A DNA stretch of 64,000 bases, from the NCBI GenBank assembly GCA_029855935.1, contig JAGSHN010000031.1:73650-137649 (forward strand), in the 5' to 3' direction. Origin of the DNA: Candidatus Thorarchaeota archaeon (GTDB lineage Archaea > Asgardarchaeota > Thorarchaeia > Thorarchaeales > Thorarchaeaceae). This document shows positions 61,721 to 64,000 of this stretch, piece after piece. The position numbers were made by a program, and so were the translations under genes. The notes beneath the pieces are model-generated. The model was not told the DNA's origin. It saw nothing but the letters and a program-made list of their open reading frames with translations, and did no database searches. The first letter of the stretch is position 1, and every line of letters begins with the position of its first letter.

Positions 61721-62900
61721 GTCCGGGGCCTCTGGGTTTGAGAGTGGCAAGGTAGTCGCCAAGTACGCCCAGACCCTCTTCGATAACATCTGTGGAAACA
61801 GCATAGGTGAAACGCAGATGGTTGTCATAGTCCTTGCCGAAGACTGCGCCTGGGGTGCAGACGACTCCAGTGTCGCGAAGTATCTGCTCCGCCAGCTCGC
61901 TGCTGCGCATGTGATAGGCTGAGAAGTCCGGGAATACGTAGAAGGCGCCCTTGGGTATCACACAGGAGACGCCATCCATAGCACAGAACATCTTCTTCAT
62001 GATGTCACGACGGCGTTCGTACTCCTTTCGCATACGTTCTATCGACGACTGATCACCACGCAGGGCCTCCACGCCCGCCACTTGTACAAAGGAGGCTGCA
62101 CAGGACGTGGTGTTCTGCTGAATCCGCACCATGTTATTGATGATCTCCTCATTGCCAACGGCGTAGCCAAGACGCCAGCCTGTCATAGAGTACGCCTTGG
62201 AGAAGCCGTTGATGACGAGCGTCCGCTCCATCGTCGGGTCGACCTCTAGCATCGATGTCTGCCTGAAACCGTCGTAGACAAGACTCTCGTAGATCTCGTC
62301 GCTGAAGATGACAAAATCATAGTCGCACGCGAGGTCATATAGTGCGCGGAGATTCTCCTTTGTGAGAACGCCGCCCGATGGATTGTTCGGGCTATTGATG
62401 ATTATGCAGCGGGTATCGCGGGTCACTCGCTCCTTTATGACCTCCTCGTCAAACTCATACAGCGGCCCCGCAGGCACCTCGATTGGAGCGCCACCAGCAT
62501 TGCGTATCATCACACGATAGCTCGGCCACGATGGGGTGAGCAGCAAGACATCATCGCCAATGTCAATCACAGCAAGAAAACCCATGAAGAGGGCCATCTT
62601 GGCACCTGGTGTGACTATGACGTTCTTGGCGGGGTCTATGTCGATGCCGCGGTGACGATACCGGTCCGCAATCGCGTCGAGGAGTGGCGGAATGCCCCTC
62701 GCGGGAACGTATTTTGTGAACCCCTGTCTGAGGGCCTCGATGGCCGCATCAACGATGTTTGGAGGCGTCGGAAAGTCTGGCTGGCCGACCTCAAAGTGGT
62801 ATACCTTTAGGCCCTCAGCCTCCAGTCGTGACGCCAAGTCGAACATCCTCAGCGTGCCCGAGGCGGGAATCCGCTGCATGTGGAGCGAGGTCCAGTCCAT
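61686..62900 (-). CDS. PLP-dependent class I/II (aspartate) aminotransferase
   Basis: GQPDF, NSPNNPSG, SDEIY, GFSKAYSMTGWRLG, GAFY. Confidence 0.95.
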   Translation of the reverse strand: MDWTSLHMQRIPASGTLRMFDLASRLEAEGLKVYHFEVGQPDFPTPPNIVDAAIEALRQGFTKYVPARGIPPLLDAIADRYRHRGIDIDPAKNVIVTPGAKMALFMGFLAVIDIGDDVLLLTPSWPSYRVMIRNAGGAPIEVPAGPLYEFDEEVIKERVTRDTRCIIINSPNNPSGGVLTKENLRALYDLACDYDFVIFSDEIYESLVYDGFRQTSMLEVDPTMERTLVINGFSKAYSMTGWRLGYAVGNEEIINNMVRIQQNTTSCAASFVQVAGVEALRGDQSSIERMRKEYERRRDIMKKMFCAMDGVSCVIPKGAFYVFPDFSAYHMRSSELAEQILRDTGVVCTPGAVFGKDYDNHLRFTYAVSTDVIEEGLGVLGDYLATLKPRGPGHVKRLPTTPAT

Positions 62901-62999
62901 GGCACAATCACCACAAGGCTGGCGAGTCGGAGCAACCAGCAAACTGGCGGCTGCAGCACTCGTTATATGACTTTTGATGAGTGTGTAATGAATATTCGT

Positions 63000-63848
63000 T
63001 CAACGCACAAATATTCTTGACGCAATCTCCTGCATAGCATCCACAAGACGCTGTTTCTGGTGCTCTGTCCCAAGCACACGTATTCTGTCCGGCAGGGCCT
63101 CTCCTAGTCCCATATCGTGTGCGCGTCTCAGCAGAGGGATGTTGAGAGGGTCGAGCTCCAGTAGAGTCGCGGCAAGTGCGTCGACGGCGACTACATCTGT
63201 GCTGGCCATCACACCACCAACTCGGACGGGCTCGTCATCTACTGTGCCACGGAGGACAACACTCGTCAGGTCCATTATGGTGAGCTGGGGTCGAAGGTAC
63301 GACAGCAGGTCAAGCAGTACGTCTTCAAGCCGGTCATGATAGACGCTCTTGTCAGGCTCTGGCAGAAGGCCAAAGAGGTTCTTGATTGCTCCCCCAATTG
63401 TGACCCGAGAGTCGATCTTTAGCGTCGGCAGGTTGACAAGAAAGGGTCGGTCTACAACGATATCTGGAAGATGATGACGCTTAAGAAAATGGCCTCCGAG
63501 GTCGACCTCCACCGTGGGCCTTTCAGACAGATTGACGAACTGCACATCAAGGTCAGATACTGCGTCCTCGTACCCAGCAGCTCTAAGTGCAGTTGCACCG
63601 TCGCGTACTGGGTTGTCGCTCTCCACGAGCGTCACCTCACCAGCTGCGCCGAATGTACGGACTGCTGCCCTCACCAACAGGGGGTCTGTGACACCCGGTC
63701 TGGCGGGGTCATAGACGGAGGGTTTCAAGACTATCCTTCGCAGAGATCCCGTGAGAGCAAGAGGGGAGCTCATCTTCCTGAGGGCCTTCGCTAGGGCCTC
63801 GCGGGGATTTCTGGCTACTGCGACTATGACCTCCGATGTATAGTCCAT
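63000..63848 (-). CDS. DUF362-domain protein
   Basis: VLKP, VNLPTLK, GAIKNLFG, DVVAVDA. Confidence 0.85.
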   Translation of the reverse strand: MDYTSEVIVAVARNPREALAKALRKMSSPLALTGSLRRIVLKPSVYDPARPGVTDPLLVRAAVRTFGAAGEVTLVESDNPVRDGATALRAAGYEDAVSDLDVQFVNLSERPTVEVDLGGHFLKRHHLPDIVVDRPFLVNLPTLKIDSRVTIGGAIKNLFGLLPEPDKSVYHDRLEDVLLDLLSYLRPQLTIMDLTSVVLRGTVDDEPVRVGGVMASTDVVAVDALAATLLELDPLNIPLLRRAHDMGLGEALPDRIRVLGTEHQKQRLVDAMQEIASRIFVR

Positions 63849-63916
63849 ATGTTCTCACCACTGCAAACGGCGTGCTCTGTGTGTCGAGTCCAGATGGTGG
63901 TATCGCGGATTGACAA

Positions 63917-64000
63917 CTATGCACCAAAGAAGAGGCGCCTCTTGCGCCGACGCCACTCCTCCTCGGGCTCATCAGACTCCGGGGGCGGTGGGGGCGGCGG
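63917..64000 (-). CDS. C-terminal fragment of a gene running off the right edge: PPPPPPPESDEPEEEWRRRKRRLFFGA*
   Basis: Manual translation of the minus strand; TAG at 63917-63919; Pro tract uses mixed codons. Confidence 0.6.
   Translation of the reverse strand, partial: PPPPPPPESDEPEEEWRRRKRRLFFGA

Noticed and set aside
1-64000. CRISPR arrays, transposases, integrases, rRNA/tRNA, classical defence systems
   Set aside because: No regularly spaced repeats or diagnostic motifs seen; CPBP, MazG and TatD here look like housekeeping genes rather than a defence island

Overview
Gene-dense archaeal chromosomal segment (GC in the high 50s % by eye; TATA/BRE-like promoters, GGAGG/GGTGA Shine-Dalgarno sites, many TTG/GTG starts). 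The gene content (longin-domain protein, tandem arrestin-fold proteins, E2F/DP-like factor, SNAP-like protein, 7TM protein, PAC2, PDCD5) points to an Asgard archaeon, most plausibly Thorarchaeia (inference). About 65 CDS; no rRNA, tRNA, CRISPR array or transposase was seen. Housekeeping and metabolic content: lipoate ligase, a dispersed Dpp/Opp ABC transporter, SPFH-NfeD, ArcE/COG2403-type enzyme, RsmB, TatD, a FGGY kinase/GlpABC/alkyl-DHAP-synthase-like cluster and a beta-oxidation cluster. Most notable: (1) an E2F-like protein that appears to carry the whole eukaryotic core (winged helix RRxYD + coiled coil + marked-box-like domain), with E2F-consensus-like sites in its own upstream region; (2) an unannotated 47-aa CdrS/aCcr1-type RHH cell-cycle regulator preceded by a perfect palindrome containing AGTATTACT; (3) an alpha-SNAP-like protein near an ATPase-less Cdc48/NSF N-domain fusion protein; (4) several uncharacterised families (tandem 7-Cys paralogues, a mirror-image RHH pair inside a lipid operon). 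All family calls come from motifs recognised by eye; no database searches were run.
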